This document shows, one piece after another, positions 51,927 to 62,770 of a stretch of 64,000 bases of DNA; positions within the stretch are counted from its first letter, which is position 1, and each line of letters begins with the position of its first letter. This DNA comes from Methanothrix sp. GTDB lineage: Archaea; Halobacteriota; Methanosarcinia; Methanotrichales; Methanotrichaceae. The stretch lies in contig OY821645.1 in assembly GCA_963682135.1 (NCBI GenBank), forward strand, positions 1,440,001 to 1,504,000, in the 5' to 3' direction. The notes below the pieces were generated by a model. The model searched no databases, was not told the DNA's origin, and worked only from the letters and a program-made list of their open reading frames with translations. The position numbers and the translations under genes were made by a program.

Positions 51927-52028
51927 CTCGTGCCCTCCTCATTTGGCTACAGGTTTTGAGCAAATAAGAACCTTTCGTTTTCCATGAAGAAAAAGATTAT
52001 CAATAACGGAAATGAAAAAGTCATACTC

Positions 52029-52577
52029 ATGAATCCAATCGATCTTCCCCATATTGATCAGCAAATCTGCGCCTGCCACCTCTGCTCCCTCTTTTCAGGG
52101 AGAACGATCGCCGTACCGGGCTGCGGCCCAGCTCCCGCTGATATCATGCTGGTAGGAGAAGCTCCCGGTAAAGAAGAGGACCTAACAGGAAAGCCGTTCG
52201 TAGGCAGGGCGGGAAGACTGCTGGATGAAGCGCTAGTGCAGGCAGGTCTGGAGAGATCAAAGGTGTTTATAACCAGCGTCATAAAATGCCGCCCCCCGCA
52301 AAACAGAAAACCTAAAAAAATAGAGATCGATCGATGTCGTCCCTATTTGCAGTCCCAAATAGATATTCTCCATCCAAAAATCATCTGCCTGATGGGAAAT
52401 ACGGCTACACAGGCCGTCTTAGGCAGACAGGGTATCGCAAACTTGCGCGGGCAAATCTTGCAGGATCGCTATCTTGTCACCTTTCATCCTGCCGCCGTCT
52501 TGAGAAATAGAAATCTCATGAATGATTTCGTCTCCGACCTCAAAATATTGAATACCGGGAGCCACAGACTTGTTTAG
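52029..52577 (+). CDS. Family 4 uracil-DNA glycosylase
   Basis: CxxC, VGEAPG.EED..G.PFVGRAG, KCRPP.NR, HPAA. Confidence 0.93.
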   Translation: MNPIDLPHIDQQICACHLCSLFSGRTIAVPGCGPAPADIMLVGEAPGKEEDLTGKPFVGRAGRLLDEALVQAGLERSKVFITSVIKCRPPQNRKPKKIEIDRCRPYLQSQIDILHPKIICLMGNTATQAVLGRQGIANLRGQILQDRYLVTFHPAAVLRNRNLMNDFVSDLKILNTGSHRLV

Positions 52578-53070
52578 CCTCACCTACGATCTTTGGAAGG
52601 AGATCATTGTAGATATTGCTCAGGCCCACGATTCACTTTTTGTTGCTATGCACCAGGCGGCAGAAGAGCTCCAGCTCTGTGCGGCTCTGGTTGATGATTT
52701 GAAGAAGAAAAGAGAATTGACGATCGCAAATGATCCCTGGGAATTGCAGCTCGAAATCGAATTTATCGAGGATAAAATCAATGGTTTCACAATCTTCCTT
52801 GTCGCGAAAGAGCCACTGGAAGTATTAGAAGAGATCAAGGCGAATATAGCATCAGACCAGGGATTTTCACTAGAAGAGATCGAAGGCTTTGAGCTTGAAC
52901 ACGGCCTGGATATACAGGAAGAGATATTTGTAGAGATCGAGGAGAGCTACGGGGTCACGGCTGAGATCAGAGAGAACGTTGTCATTTATGAACTGGTGAT
53001 CTTTGACAGCCAGGACATTGATAATAGCCGATCCAGCAATCTGGCAGAAGATGAGGAGCTTGTGAATTAA
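52570..53070 (+). CDS. Acidic hypothetical protein
   Basis: 166-aa ORF overlapping the UDG stop; E/D-rich. Confidence 0.7.
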   Translation: MFSLTYDLWKEIIVDIAQAHDSLFVAMHQAAEELQLCAALVDDLKKKRELTIANDPWELQLEIEFIEDKINGFTIFLVAKEPLEVLEEIKANIASDQGFSLEEIEGFELEHGLDIQEEIFVEIEESYGVTAEIRENVVIYELVIFDSQDIDNSRSSNLAEDEELVN

Positions 53071-53114
53071 AGTCAGGTGAAACTTTTATATATTCCCGTT
53101 CAATATCGAAAGCC

Positions 53115-55331
53115 ATGGATCAAGGGAGGAGAAGCGAGCCGGCAGAACTGGTTGCAGTTTTAGTGCTGGGCCTGTTGTTGAGGCTATTTGCCGGGAGAAA
53201 CTCTTTAACAGAAAATGGCATTGTGCTGCCTGGATATGATGAATATTATCATCTACGCAGAATTTTGTTTACAGTAATACATTTTCCCAATACGCTCTGG
53301 TTTGATTCTTACCTGAACTATCCTCACGGATTGGAGATTACCTGGCCCCCTCTCTTCGATCAGATCTCTGCCGCCCTCTGTGTGGCTTTGGGCCAGCATA
53401 GCAAACCCGGAATCGAGCTGACGGCCTGCTTTGCACCTCTGATCATGGGCTTAATCGCCATAGTAGTAGTCTACTATATAGTCAGAGAGCTCTTCGATCA
53501 TAAAGTGGCACTTCTTGCCGCATTCATGACCGCTCTGGCGCCGTATTATCTCCTTTATACCATGTTTGCCGCCCTGGATCACCACTGCCTGGAGGTACTG
53601 TTCTTACTCATCATACTCCTCTTCATGATCATGTGTATCAGCCGAAAGGAGAAGAGATACCTCTACATCTTTGCGTGTGGAGTTGCTATGGCCGCCCTGG
53701 CATATACCTGGCAAGGGGCAGATATCTACCTGGCAATATTCCTGCTCTACGCAGCCGTCCAGATAACATTGGACCTTAAAGAGGGCAAATCACCTAAAGA
53801 GACAGCGACAATGCTCTTGGCAGCATATGCTATCGCTTTCATCCTGGTTCTGCCATTTGGGAATACAGCCTGGCTCTCTGCGTCCTTCCACGGAATAGGA
53901 GCAATGATCATTGCCCTTTGTATTATGTTCGCCCTTGCCTACATCATGGCCAAGAGGAAAATATCCTGGAAGGCGTTTCCTTTGAGCATCCTGATAGTCT
54001 CTGCATTATTTGCCATTATCTCAGAGCTTGCCGGCGGATTTTTCGGTGTGGGGGCACTGATTCTGTCTGGGGTAAAATACATATGGGGAGGAGAGATGAT
54101 CGGAAAGATCGGCGAGGCCGAGCCGCTCATCTATGATGCAGAGACATTTTCTCAGGTGGCCTTCTCTATGCTGGGATTGAATCTTCTCTTCTCTCTGGGA
54201 GGGATGGTCGCGTCCTTAATTTGCATCCGTCGCAGTACTGGTCCCAAGAGACAGGGCCAGATCCTGCTCTTGCTATGGATAGCAGCCACACTCATTCTCA
54301 CATTGGGACAGTCTCGGTTCCTTTATGTATCTACGATAACCATGGGAATTTTGATAAGTATACTATTATTCTTTTTATGGGATATGGTCGATAGAAGGCG
54401 CCAGGAAGCAGAACAAGCATCATCTGCAAGACACTCGAGACTATTAGCCGGATTTTTATTCCTGCTTCTTGTCCTGCCCACCGCCTGGGATGCGGCCTCC
54501 TTTGCCGAGAGTTCTCCCCCGGCAATGACTGGTGACTGGCAGGAGTCACTTGCCTGGCTAAAAGAAAACAGCAATACAACCAGCTTCTTTGAGGCACCTC
54601 AAGAAGTTGCCGAATACAGCGTCATGAGCTGGTGGGACTATGGCAACTGGGTCTTATATTTGGCACAACGACCGGTAGTAGCCAACAATTTCCAGGCAGG
54701 AGTGGCGGATGCTGCCAAATTCTATCTATCGGAAAATGAAGAGGAAGCCATCGCCGTGCTGGAGGCAAGAGGAGCGAAGTACATCATTGTGGATAATAAA
54801 TTGATCTACGGCAAACTTGCCGCTCTCACCACCTGGGCCAATGAGGATCTGAGCAGTTACATAAGAGAAGAAGACTACGGCTCGCAATTTGTGGCCACAC
54901 CACAGGAAAAGCTCTTTAATACGACATTGGGAAAGCTTTATTTATTCGATGGAGCAGGAACGGGTCACTTCCGTCTGATCCATGAATCGAAGACATTTGT
55001 AGGATCAAGCCCGCCCAAGAGCGAGGTCAAGATCTTCGAGTATGTTCCTGGAGCTTTGATAAAGGTCAGAACTGGGTCGAACCAGAAGGTAGGCGCCCTG
55101 CTTAACATGACCTCCAATCAAAGAAGGGAATTTATTTACATCAATGAGGGCACTCTAAACGGTGACTCATTTGAGATAAGAGTTCCTTACTCAACAAAGG
55201 GTGGGTATGAATGCCACGCAACCAGCCCGTATTTGATCTACTCAGGAAATGAAGCCGGTGCAACGGTGAAGAATCTTGATGTGAGCGAGGAAGACGTAAT
55301 GTTAGGCAGAACTATCGAGCTGACCTTTTAA
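53115..55331 (+). CDS. aglB: Oligosaccharyltransferase (STT3 family)
   Basis: DEYYH, DHH, IGEAEP, WWDYG and ANNFQ motifs; multi-TM. Confidence 0.93.
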   Translation: MDQGRRSEPAELVAVLVLGLLLRLFAGRNSLTENGIVLPGYDEYYHLRRILFTVIHFPNTLWFDSYLNYPHGLEITWPPLFDQISAALCVALGQHSKPGIELTACFAPLIMGLIAIVVVYYIVRELFDHKVALLAAFMTALAPYYLLYTMFAALDHHCLEVLFLLIILLFMIMCISRKEKRYLYIFACGVAMAALAYTWQGADIYLAIFLLYAAVQITLDLKEGKSPKETATMLLAAYAIAFILVLPFGNTAWLSASFHGIGAMIIALCIMFALAYIMAKRKISWKAFPLSILIVSALFAIISELAGGFFGVGALILSGVKYIWGGEMIGKIGEAEPLIYDAETFSQVAFSMLGLNLLFSLGGMVASLICIRRSTGPKRQGQILLLLWIAATLILTLGQSRFLYVSTITMGILISILLFFLWDMVDRRRQEAEQASSARHSRLLAGFLFLLLVLPTAWDAASFAESSPPAMTGDWQESLAWLKENSNTTSFFEAPQEVAEYSVMSWWDYGNWVLYLAQRPVVANNFQAGVADAAKFYLSENEEEAIAVLEARGAKYIIVDNKLIYGKLAALTTWANEDLSSYIREEDYGSQFVATPQEKLFNTTLGKLYLFDGAGTGHFRLIHESKTFVGSSPPKSEVKIFEYVPGALIKVRTGSNQKVGALLNMTSNQRREFIYINEGTLNGDSFEIRVPYSTKGGYECHATSPYLIYSGNEAGATVKNLDVSEEDVMLGRTIELTF

Positions 55332-55370
55332 CGAAAGGAGATGAGGCAGCGTACCTCATCTTCCTTTTCG
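55332..55370. terminator. Hairpin between convergent aglB and hemB
   Basis: CGAAAGGAGATGAGG-cagcgta-CCTCATCTTCCTTTTCG imperfect inverted repeat. Confidence 0.55.
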
Positions 55371-55433
55371 CGGGATATGAATATAGCAGGTTTATGATGG
55401 CCCTACAAAATCTGGAAACCTTTATTTTTGCTC

Positions 55434-56387
55434 TTAAAGGCCGAGCTTGGCATACTCCTTGGCCCAGTAGGTGATTATCATATCTGCGCCCGCCCTCTTG
55501 ATACAGGTCAGCGATTCCAGGAAGGCCGCCCTTTCATCCAGCCAGCCCTGCTTTGCCGCGGCTGCAATCATGGAATATTCGCCTGAGACCTGATAAGCGG
55601 CCGTAGGCATGGCAAACATGTCCTTGACAGCGCGCAGAACATCGAGGTAGGGCATGGCCGGCTTGACCATACACATGTCCGCACCTTCTTCTACATCCAA
55701 TTGTACCTCCCAGAGGGCCTCGGAAAAGTTGGCGGGATTCATCTGGTACCCTTTGCGATCCCCCCAGGCAAAGCCGGATTCAGCCGCCTCGCGGAAGGGG
55801 CCGTAAAAAGTAGATGCGTACTTGGCGGAATAGGATAAAATAGACGTGTCTTTGTATCCGTCCAGATCCAGAGCAGTGCGGATGGCCTGTACCATGTGAT
55901 CCATCATGCCGCTGGGAGCTACAATATCAGCGCCCGCCTGGGCGTGGCTCACCGCCGTCTCTCCTAATATGGGCAGGGTCTCATCATTGAGGATCTTCTC
56001 ACCCCGAACGAGGCCGCAGTGCCCGTGGCTGGTGTACTCACACAGGCACAAATCAGTTATTACTATCAGGCTGGTGGTCTCCTTGATAGCGGCTATTGCC
56101 TTCTGAATAATGCCATGCGGATCGTAGGCTGCAGATCCCATCTCATCCTTGTGGACTGGCAGGCCGAATAAAAGCACCGCAGGAACACCCAAATCCTCCA
56201 GGGCTTGCGCCTCAGCCGCCACGCTCTCCAGACTCTGCCGCAACTGGCCGGGCATAGCCTCAATTGCTCTCGGCTCGGATATTCTCTCATCCACAAATAT
56301 GGGCTGCACCAAATCATTGCAGGATAGCCTTGTTTCTGCTACCATATCCCTAATCTTTGGCGCTCTTAGCCGTCTCATTCTCCTCAT
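55434..56387 (-). CDS. hemB: Porphobilinogen synthase
   Basis: [48 protein letters not shown]. Confidence 0.97.
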   Translation of the reverse strand: MRRMRRLRAPKIRDMVAETRLSCNDLVQPIFVDERISEPRAIEAMPGQLRQSLESVAAEAQALEDLGVPAVLLFGLPVHKDEMGSAAYDPHGIIQKAIAAIKETTSLIVITDLCLCEYTSHGHCGLVRGEKILNDETLPILGETAVSHAQAGADIVAPSGMMDHMVQAIRTALDLDGYKDTSILSYSAKYASTFYGPFREAAESGFAWGDRKGYQMNPANFSEALWEVQLDVEEGADMCMVKPAMPYLDVLRAVKDMFAMPTAAYQVSGEYSMIAAAAKQGWLDERAAFLESLTCIKRAGADMIITYWAKEYAKLGL

Positions 56388-57630
56388 ATATTTCCTCCAG
56401 CCGGAATAGTTCAATGATAGCATTAAGGATATTAGTGTCCCCAAGCTCTGCCGCCCTCTTGAGAGTCTTGGTGGGCTCAGAGAAGAGCTTGTTCACAATG
56501 GAATGACTCATGTCCTGCAGTACCTGCTGCTCGATCTCGCCCAGAGTATGCCTGGCCGAGAGCTTGTTCATGGCCCGCTTGACCTCTTGATCCTTAATAA
56601 TTTCGGCTTTGGAGTACAGCCTGGCCAGCAGATCCTCAGCCTGTTTTCTCTTATATTTGGCCTTTAAGAGCTGCATCTCTTCTGCTATGATGGCCTCGAC
56701 CCTGCTAGCCTCCTCCATCCTCTGCCTCATATTCTCGCTGCTGATATTCTTCAAGCTGTCAATGTTATGCAGCTGTACGCCTGGAACCTCTGCCGCCGCC
56801 TCGTCTACGTCTCTGGGATTGGCGATATCTATTATGAGCAGCTTGGTATCTCTTCCTGCCATGGCCTTCTCTATGTCCTCTTTGAGAAGAATATAATGGG
56901 GCGCAGAGGTAGCGCTTATGACCACGTCAGAGGTCTTGAGACGATCCTTCATCTCATCAAAAGGAACCGCAGAAGCACCCAAACACTCGGCCAGGCACTG
57001 GGCTGAGCTGTAGGTCCTGTTGGTGACCACCAGCGAGCCGATATCCTTGGCCAAGAGCGCCCGAGATATCAGCTCCCCCGTCTCCCCGGCGCCAATCACC
57101 AGAACGGACAATCCTTTCAGATCGCCCAGAATTTCCTGGGCCAGGTCAACGGCTGCAGATCCTACGGATACGGACCTCTCGTTAATTTGGGTCTCCTTTC
57201 GCACCCGCTTTCCTACAGCTATGGCTTTTTTGAAGGCGGTATCCAGCATCCACCCGGTTGTTCCCGCCTTGGCTGCTATCTGCACCAGATCCTTCATCTG
57301 ACCCAGGATCTGATCCTCGCCGATGATCATGGACTCAAGCCCCGAGGCCAGGCGCAGTAGATGAAGCAGAGACTCATCGTGATCATGAAAATCGATTATG
57401 CGAGAAGAGACGCGCGCCTTTTTGGCCAGGTCGAAGAGCACCTTCTCGCCGCGCGTACTGACTACATAAATCTCTACGCGATTGCAGGTCTTTAGCACAG
57501 CGCACTCTTCTACCCTCTCCAGTGAGCCCACCCATTTGAGAAGGGTCTGTACATCTCCGTGCCAGGCCCGCTCAATCTCATCAATGGAGGCCTTGCGGTG
57601 TGTCACCAGCATCGAGGCTATCTCGCTCAT
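56350..57630 (-). CDS. hemA: Glutamyl-tRNA reductase
   Basis: [36 protein letters not shown]. Confidence 0.97.
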   Translation of the reverse strand: MSEIASMLVTHRKASIDEIERAWHGDVQTLLKWVGSLERVEECAVLKTCNRVEIYVVSTRGEKVLFDLAKKARVSSRIIDFHDHDESLLHLLRLASGLESMIIGEDQILGQMKDLVQIAAKAGTTGWMLDTAFKKAIAVGKRVRKETQINERSVSVGSAAVDLAQEILGDLKGLSVLVIGAGETGELISRALLAKDIGSLVVTNRTYSSAQCLAECLGASAVPFDEMKDRLKTSDVVISATSAPHYILLKEDIEKAMAGRDTKLLIIDIANPRDVDEAAAEVPGVQLHNIDSLKNISSENMRQRMEEASRVEAIIAEEMQLLKAKYKRKQAEDLLARLYSKAEIIKDQEVKRAMNKLSARHTLGEIEQQVLQDMSHSIVNKLFSEPTKTLKRAAELGDTNILNAIIELFRLEEIYEENETAKSAKD

Positions 57631-58288
57631 TGAGGCAAACATGTGAGCGGGCTCTCATATAGGCCTTTTCATAGGATACTCTGAGAAGCCTCCAAACTTC
57701 ATCGTCTAATAATATATCCCAGATTATGCGAGCTCTATCCTTCTGCGCGGCTACAATTTCTTTGTTCTCTCTGCGTATCTGGGAGAGCAGCCGGGCCATG
57801 TCCTGATAGTTATCGGTCAGCTCCTCTTCCAGGCGGAGACGAAGGTATTTGGTGAGGGCCGGGTTCTCTGTAGAGATGGCAACCGCAATGGTTCCCCTTC
57901 GCAGAATAGACGGGACCACCACATCCCCCGCGCCCTCTACATTGTTTACGAGAATATTCATATCCTGCGCCACCTCTTCAATGGCGTGATTTAGGTTTGA
58001 GTCGCTTGTGGCAGGTATTGCGATAAATGCACCCTGCAGATATTTGCTGAAATCACAGGTTAGATCGCACTCCACGAGCTCAACCTGGCCTTGCGAGTCC
58101 TTCGCCAGCTCCTGGATCCCCAGAGAGAAATCGCGGGACAGGACTCTCACCGGCCCGTATTGGGAAAACAGCCTGGCTTTGCGCTCGCCAACGGCTCCCC
58201 CTCCAAAAATCACCACAAGCCGAGACTGAAGGTCCAGAAAAAGTGGCAATCGCGGCCCGGCTGATTGGAGGTCTCTTTGCTTTGCCAT
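57581..58288 (-). CDS. sirC: Precorrin-2 dehydrogenase (SirC/CysG-N-like)
   Basis: LPLFLDL..VVIFGGGAVGERKA, ATSD..LN, VAIST..PAL. Confidence 0.88.
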   Translation of the reverse strand: MAKQRDLQSAGPRLPLFLDLQSRLVVIFGGGAVGERKARLFSQYGPVRVLSRDFSLGIQELAKDSQGQVELVECDLTCDFSKYLQGAFIAIPATSDSNLNHAIEEVAQDMNILVNNVEGAGDVVVPSILRRGTIAVAISTENPALTKYLRLRLEEELTDNYQDMARLLSQIRRENKEIVAAQKDRARIIWDILLDDEVWRLLRVSYEKAYMRARSHVCLNERDSLDAGDTPQGLH

Positions 58289-58298
58289 TATCGCCTCA

Positions 58299-58757
58299 TT
58301 AAATCCTGGCGCTGGTTTTCTTGTACTCAAAATCGCTAAAGAGCACCCGATAATCACTTATGCCTGATCTTTGCGACAGCCTATCTGCAATCATCAGGCA
58401 GTCATCTCGGCTTTTTGAGTGTACCATGGTGTAAAGATTATAAGGCCAATCCTCAGCGATCGCCCTCTCGTAGCAGTGGGTAACCTCATCGACTGAGGCG
58501 AATAGCAGGCCCGCACTTTCTACTTCTTCGGGAGCCACCCTCCAGGCAATCATAGCATTGGCCACAATTCCCAGGGCCCTGTGACCAATGGTAGCGGCAA
58601 AGCGACGAATTATGCCTGCCTCCTGCAGGGCACGCAGCCGAACTATTACTTCCTCCTCGGATATGCCCACCAGATCTCCTAAGACCTGATAGGGTCGCGA
58701 CGTAAGCTCCACACCATCCTGGGCAATCTTGAGCAGATCAAGATCCTTTTCATCCAT
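58299..58757 (-). CDS. ahbB: Siroheme decarboxylase subunit AhbB
   Basis: Lrp-like N-terminus, IRRFAA..HR, VTHCYER..WPYNLYTMVH, EYKKTS. Confidence 0.88.
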   Translation of the reverse strand: MDEKDLDLLKIAQDGVELTSRPYQVLGDLVGISEEEVIVRLRALQEAGIIRRFAATIGHRALGIVANAMIAWRVAPEEVESAGLLFASVDEVTHCYERAIAEDWPYNLYTMVHSKSRDDCLMIADRLSQRSGISDYRVLFSDFEYKKTSARI

Positions 58758-60889
58758 CAGAGCCACCCCCAGGGGTCCTGGAAAGGATAGCTATCTACGC
58801 CACCCCCGGGAATCTGGCGCGGCTGATCGGCAGGGTTGCCAATCACCGGATGGTCGCTCCAGTAATTTCCACCGGCTTTTGGCCCACCGTCCCACTGGTT
58901 TTGCCCGTTATCGGCTGCATTCTGGATGCCATTGTTCGCGAAGACGTTGTGGTAGAGCAAAGATCCGGCGCAGTCCACCAAATTGGCGCCTGCCATCCGA
59001 TTATCATAGATGTTATTCTCGGAGATATTGCAGTGCATCGAGCTGCTCATGCGCAGGCCAAAACGGCTATTCTCACCCAGGATATTTCCAGTGATCGACA
59101 GATTGCGAGAGGACTGGACATAAATTCCCTGGCCGTTTCTCAGAGCAGTGTTGTTCTGGACAATTGCATAAACCAACTGTTGCAGCGAAAAGCCATCTAC
59201 TTTGTTCTCGCTGACATTGTTTGCCTGCAGATAGCAGGAATTGCTGCCTGCAAGGTATATGCCTCGATCATTGGTTTTTGCTGCATTTCCCAGGAGAGTG
59301 CAATTATAGGATTTGATGAGCTCTAGCCCATCCTCCTGGTTATCGTTCGCGCTGCAATTTTGAATCCTGCATAGCCGGGACCCATGAAGAGCCATGCCAG
59401 TCTGGCAGAACTGCATTTCGCACCCCAATAGGCTCAGGCCCTGTGCATTGTCAGCACGAAATCCTTCGGCTGAGCAATTGCGGACCTGGTTGTAAGAAAA
59501 CTGGCACCAGGAAGATGATTCGGCCACAAAGCCAATCCGGCAATCGCGGGCCTTGCTATGGGAGACTATGCAGGCGAGACTATCTTGGAGGAGATAGCCA
59601 GTTTCGGCCCATGTGATGCTGCAATTTTTTATATTGCATTTAGTGGAATTGACCAGCAACACCCCTGCGCTGCTGTTTTCTAGGGTTAAGTTGGCGGCGC
59701 TAATGTTTTTGCAGGATACAATCCCCAAGAAGCCGCAGTCTTCAGGAGCCATGAGATTGGCTTTACCTATCAGATAACAGGTCGGCTTATTGTCCACAAG
59801 ATTGCTCGGATCGATATCCTGCAAAAAGAAATTATAGTTATCTGACTCTGATTGGCCCTGGCCAGAATCGATGCGCAGATTGTAAGAGTTTTCCCAGAGG
59901 ATGTTCTCCCTCAGCATATTTTTTGTGCTGCCCCGCAAAGAGATTCCATAGATGTTGCGGTATACCTGGTTGGAGATAAGCGAGTCTTCCGCACAGCCTT
60001 GAAGAAGGATACCGTTGCCGTTTTCAGAAAGATTATTAGCAACCAGTTGGTTTTGATAGCTTCCTTCGGCAAATATTCCTGCCCGCTCGTTCTTCTCGCA
60101 GATGTTACCGGTGACGAGGCAGCTTTGCGATCCCCTCAGGCTTATACCGACTTTGCCGCCCGTTATGTAGTTATTCGTCAGATTATTGCTGGCGGAATCG
60201 ACCACATCAAGAGCGCTCACATAGCCGCGGGAAAAGTTGTTATACGAAACATTGTTGCTGTGAGACCGGGTGAGCACCACACCAAATCCGTCTCCAGAAA
60301 ATGTGTTATTAGTGACATAATTTTCCCTAGAGTCTTCTATTTGTATGCCCTGCAAGGCAGAGATTTGGCAACCGGATATCATGCCACCCCATGTGTTGTT
60401 AATTCTAATGGCTGTGCTGCCCGATATGACGCTGTGCAAAACATCACAATTCGCGCCGAATATCTCCACACCAGCAGGCGAATCGATGCGACAATCCCTT
60501 ATGGAATTATTCAAACCCGTGACTTTAATGGCCGTCGCGATTCCGGTTATGGTGCAACCTACAAGTTGATTGTCAGGGGAAACAAGGCTTACGGCAGAAT
60601 CTTTTCCACCGGCCTTTATGGTGATATCGGATACCCTGCAGCCGGGTGCAGTTATTGCTAATGATCCCACTACTATTACGCGGCCTCTTGCGGTGATGTT
60701 CACACTTCTGTCGACAACAGCACCGGCATAATCTCCCGGCTGGATTTGAATCGTATCACCATTGCCTGCCTGATAGATGGCGGCCATTAGCGTCTTGGCA
60801 TCTCCGGATTCGCCCGGATCGACAATCAGCGTCTTGGCCTGGCAGGAGGCGACTAAAGCCAGGAGAAAGAAGGCAATGCATGGTTTCAT
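58757..60889 (-). CDS. Secreted NosD/CASH right-handed beta-helix protein
   Basis: Signal peptide, many N..GI.L..S.N repeats, terminal GGNYWSD...D.YP. Alternative start at 60907. Confidence 0.88.
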   Translation of the reverse strand: MKPCIAFFLLALVASCQAKTLIVDPGESGDAKTLMAAIYQAGNGDTIQIQPGDYAGAVVDRSVNITARGRVIVVGSLAITAPGCRVSDITIKAGGKDSAVSLVSPDNQLVGCTITGIATAIKVTGLNNSIRDCRIDSPAGVEIFGANCDVLHSVISGSTAIRINNTWGGMISGCQISALQGIQIEDSRENYVTNNTFSGDGFGVVLTRSHSNNVSYNNFSRGYVSALDVVDSASNNLTNNYITGGKVGISLRGSQSCLVTGNICEKNERAGIFAEGSYQNQLVANNLSENGNGILLQGCAEDSLISNQVYRNIYGISLRGSTKNMLRENILWENSYNLRIDSGQGQSESDNYNFFLQDIDPSNLVDNKPTCYLIGKANLMAPEDCGFLGIVSCKNISAANLTLENSSAGVLLVNSTKCNIKNCSITWAETGYLLQDSLACIVSHSKARDCRIGFVAESSSWCQFSYNQVRNCSAEGFRADNAQGLSLLGCEMQFCQTGMALHGSRLCRIQNCSANDNQEDGLELIKSYNCTLLGNAAKTNDRGIYLAGSNSCYLQANNVSENKVDGFSLQQLVYAIVQNNTALRNGQGIYVQSSRNLSITGNILGENSRFGLRMSSSMHCNISENNIYDNRMAGANLVDCAGSLLYHNVFANNGIQNAADNGQNQWDGGPKAGGNYWSDHPVIGNPADQPRQIPGGGVDSYPFQDPWGWL

Positions 60890-60993
60890 CGTTTCTGCTT
60901 TATGCATTTATAGGCTATTAAATCTATGGCGATATGTAGAAAGATAGAAATATGCAAATCTAATATCCATATTTTAAGCGGGGAAGGATTCTC

Positions 60994-62250
60994 ATGGCAG
61001 GATTTCGCATACTAATTATCGAAGATGATCCGGAACATGCCGAACTGATTCGGATGGGCTTTAGAAGACATGATGAATTCTTCCTGGACTTTGCGGCCTC
61101 AGGTGAAGAGGGGCTGAGGATGATGGCAGCCACCGCATATGACCTGATCTCCGTAGACCTGGTCTTGCCGGGCATTGGTGGACTGGATGTTCTGGTGAGG
61201 ATCAGAAAGCTCGACCAGGATATTCCTGTGGTCATGGTCTCCGGCCACGGCACTACAGAGATGGCAGTGGTCGCCTTTGAGAATAGAGCCACCAAATATG
61301 TGGTGAAAAGCCTGGAAAGCTTCAAGAGTCTGCCTTATGTCTTTGAGAACCTCATTCAAGAGGCCAGGTTTAAAAGCAACGAAAGAGCAATGCGCGGACA
61401 GATCGAGCGATCGGAGAGAATTCATAGAAATATTGTAGAGAACGCCCTGGCTGGAATTTATATCCTGCAGGATGGTGGCTTTCGGCTGGTCAATCCAAAA
61501 TTGGGCGAGATATTCGGCTGCTCAGCACAGAGCCTGCTTGGCCTGCCCTTCTGGAAGCTCGTCAAGCCCGATGATATGCAGTGCGTCAGCCGCCTGCCGC
61601 GCGACCTGTCGTCGGATATACCTGTTTATGAATCGAAGGTGCAGCGCAAAGACGGAAGTTGCCGCTGGATTGAGTTTCGGACAGTTCCCATCGAATACGA
61701 AGGCAAAAGGGCAATGCTGGGCAATCTTCTGGACATAACGGATAGAAAAGAGAGAGAGATTGGAATAATGCAGGCAAACCGGGAACTTGCTGCCATGGAC
61801 GGCATAATGCAGACCTGTTTGTCCTCATCGGATGATATGGATAAGAAGCTGACCGATGCCCTGGCTCATCTCGTAACGGGCATGGGATGTGCACAGATAG
61901 GGGGAATATTTCTCAGGGAAGAGAGCGGCCTGGTGCTGCGGGCGCTGCATGGATCGGTGGAGGACCTGATCGAATTTATCAATGGAATGGATTTAGGTAT
62001 TCTCCTGGTCATGCCCCGCATCCATAAATGCGAACCGGTCTCGGATCGGAAATGGATTTCGGCGCCCATCGCATGTGCAGGTGAGGCAAAGGGTGCTGTG
62101 GTTGTTGCCTGTGCGGATGCTAACGGCGCACAAGACCTCAACTTTCTGGAAAAGGCCGCCGGACGCATCAGCTATCTCCTGGATGTATGCGACCCTAGTA
62201 AAATGAAGCTCTCATCAGAAGAGCCCCTGGCCCAGATAAAAACCAGTTAA
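60994..62250 (+). CDS. Response regulator, REC-PAS-GAF architecture
   Basis: ILIIEDD, DL.LPGIGG, YVVKS; PAS (GIYILQDG, RKDGS.RW, DITDRK); GAF-like C-terminus. Confidence 0.85.
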   Translation: MAGFRILIIEDDPEHAELIRMGFRRHDEFFLDFAASGEEGLRMMAATAYDLISVDLVLPGIGGLDVLVRIRKLDQDIPVVMVSGHGTTEMAVVAFENRATKYVVKSLESFKSLPYVFENLIQEARFKSNERAMRGQIERSERIHRNIVENALAGIYILQDGGFRLVNPKLGEIFGCSAQSLLGLPFWKLVKPDDMQCVSRLPRDLSSDIPVYESKVQRKDGSCRWIEFRTVPIEYEGKRAMLGNLLDITDRKEREIGIMQANRELAAMDGIMQTCLSSSDDMDKKLTDALAHLVTGMGCAQIGGIFLREESGLVLRALHGSVEDLIEFINGMDLGILLVMPRIHKCEPVSDRKWISAPIACAGEAKGAVVVACADANGAQDLNFLEKAAGRISYLLDVCDPSKMKLSSEEPLAQIKTS

Positions 62251-62266
62251 GCACTCAATATTATTT

Positions 62267-62770
62267 TCAGCCAAAAAAACCGGTCAGCCAGTCGACCTGT
62301 CCCGCAGGAAGCTGCAGCTTTCCCTGGACTATTTCTGTAACCAGCTCTGTCACCTCTTTAGGGCTCTTTTCTGTGGTATCAATCTCATCAACCCGGTCGC
62401 AGCGCTCAGCCGCCTCGAATAAAATGACATCCAGCGCTTCTGCCTCCAGGTTCTCCTGGATTTTGGAGGAGGAATAGCCCCGTGCCACCAGACGCGACTT
62501 GAGGACAGAGGGTGCCAGCCGCAAGACGATGGCCCAGTTTGCGAAGTGATGAGAGAAATGGCCTTCCAGGATGAGGACCTCATCACAGTCCTGTTCTACC
62601 AGATGGTCTGCCAGAGCATCCATGTCTGCTTCCAGGCAGCCCCTATCCGGATCTTTGCCAAAATTCATGCCCCCTTTCACCAGGGCATTTATATCTATGA
62701 CCCGGTAGGGCAAAAGGGCGGCAATGGTAGTCTTTCCCGTGCCGGGCGTGCCGGTCAATGCTACTAGCAT
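62267..62770 (-). CDS. Atypical adenylate kinase (AK6/Fap7 family)
   Basis: LTGTPGTGKTT, LEGHFSH, RGYS..KI.EN..AE. Confidence 0.9.
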   Translation of the reverse strand: MLVALTGTPGTGKTTIAALLPYRVIDINALVKGGMNFGKDPDRGCLEADMDALADHLVEQDCDEVLILEGHFSHHFANWAIVLRLAPSVLKSRLVARGYSSSKIQENLEAEALDVILFEAAERCDRVDEIDTTEKSPKEVTELVTEIVQGKLQLPAGQVDWLTGFFG

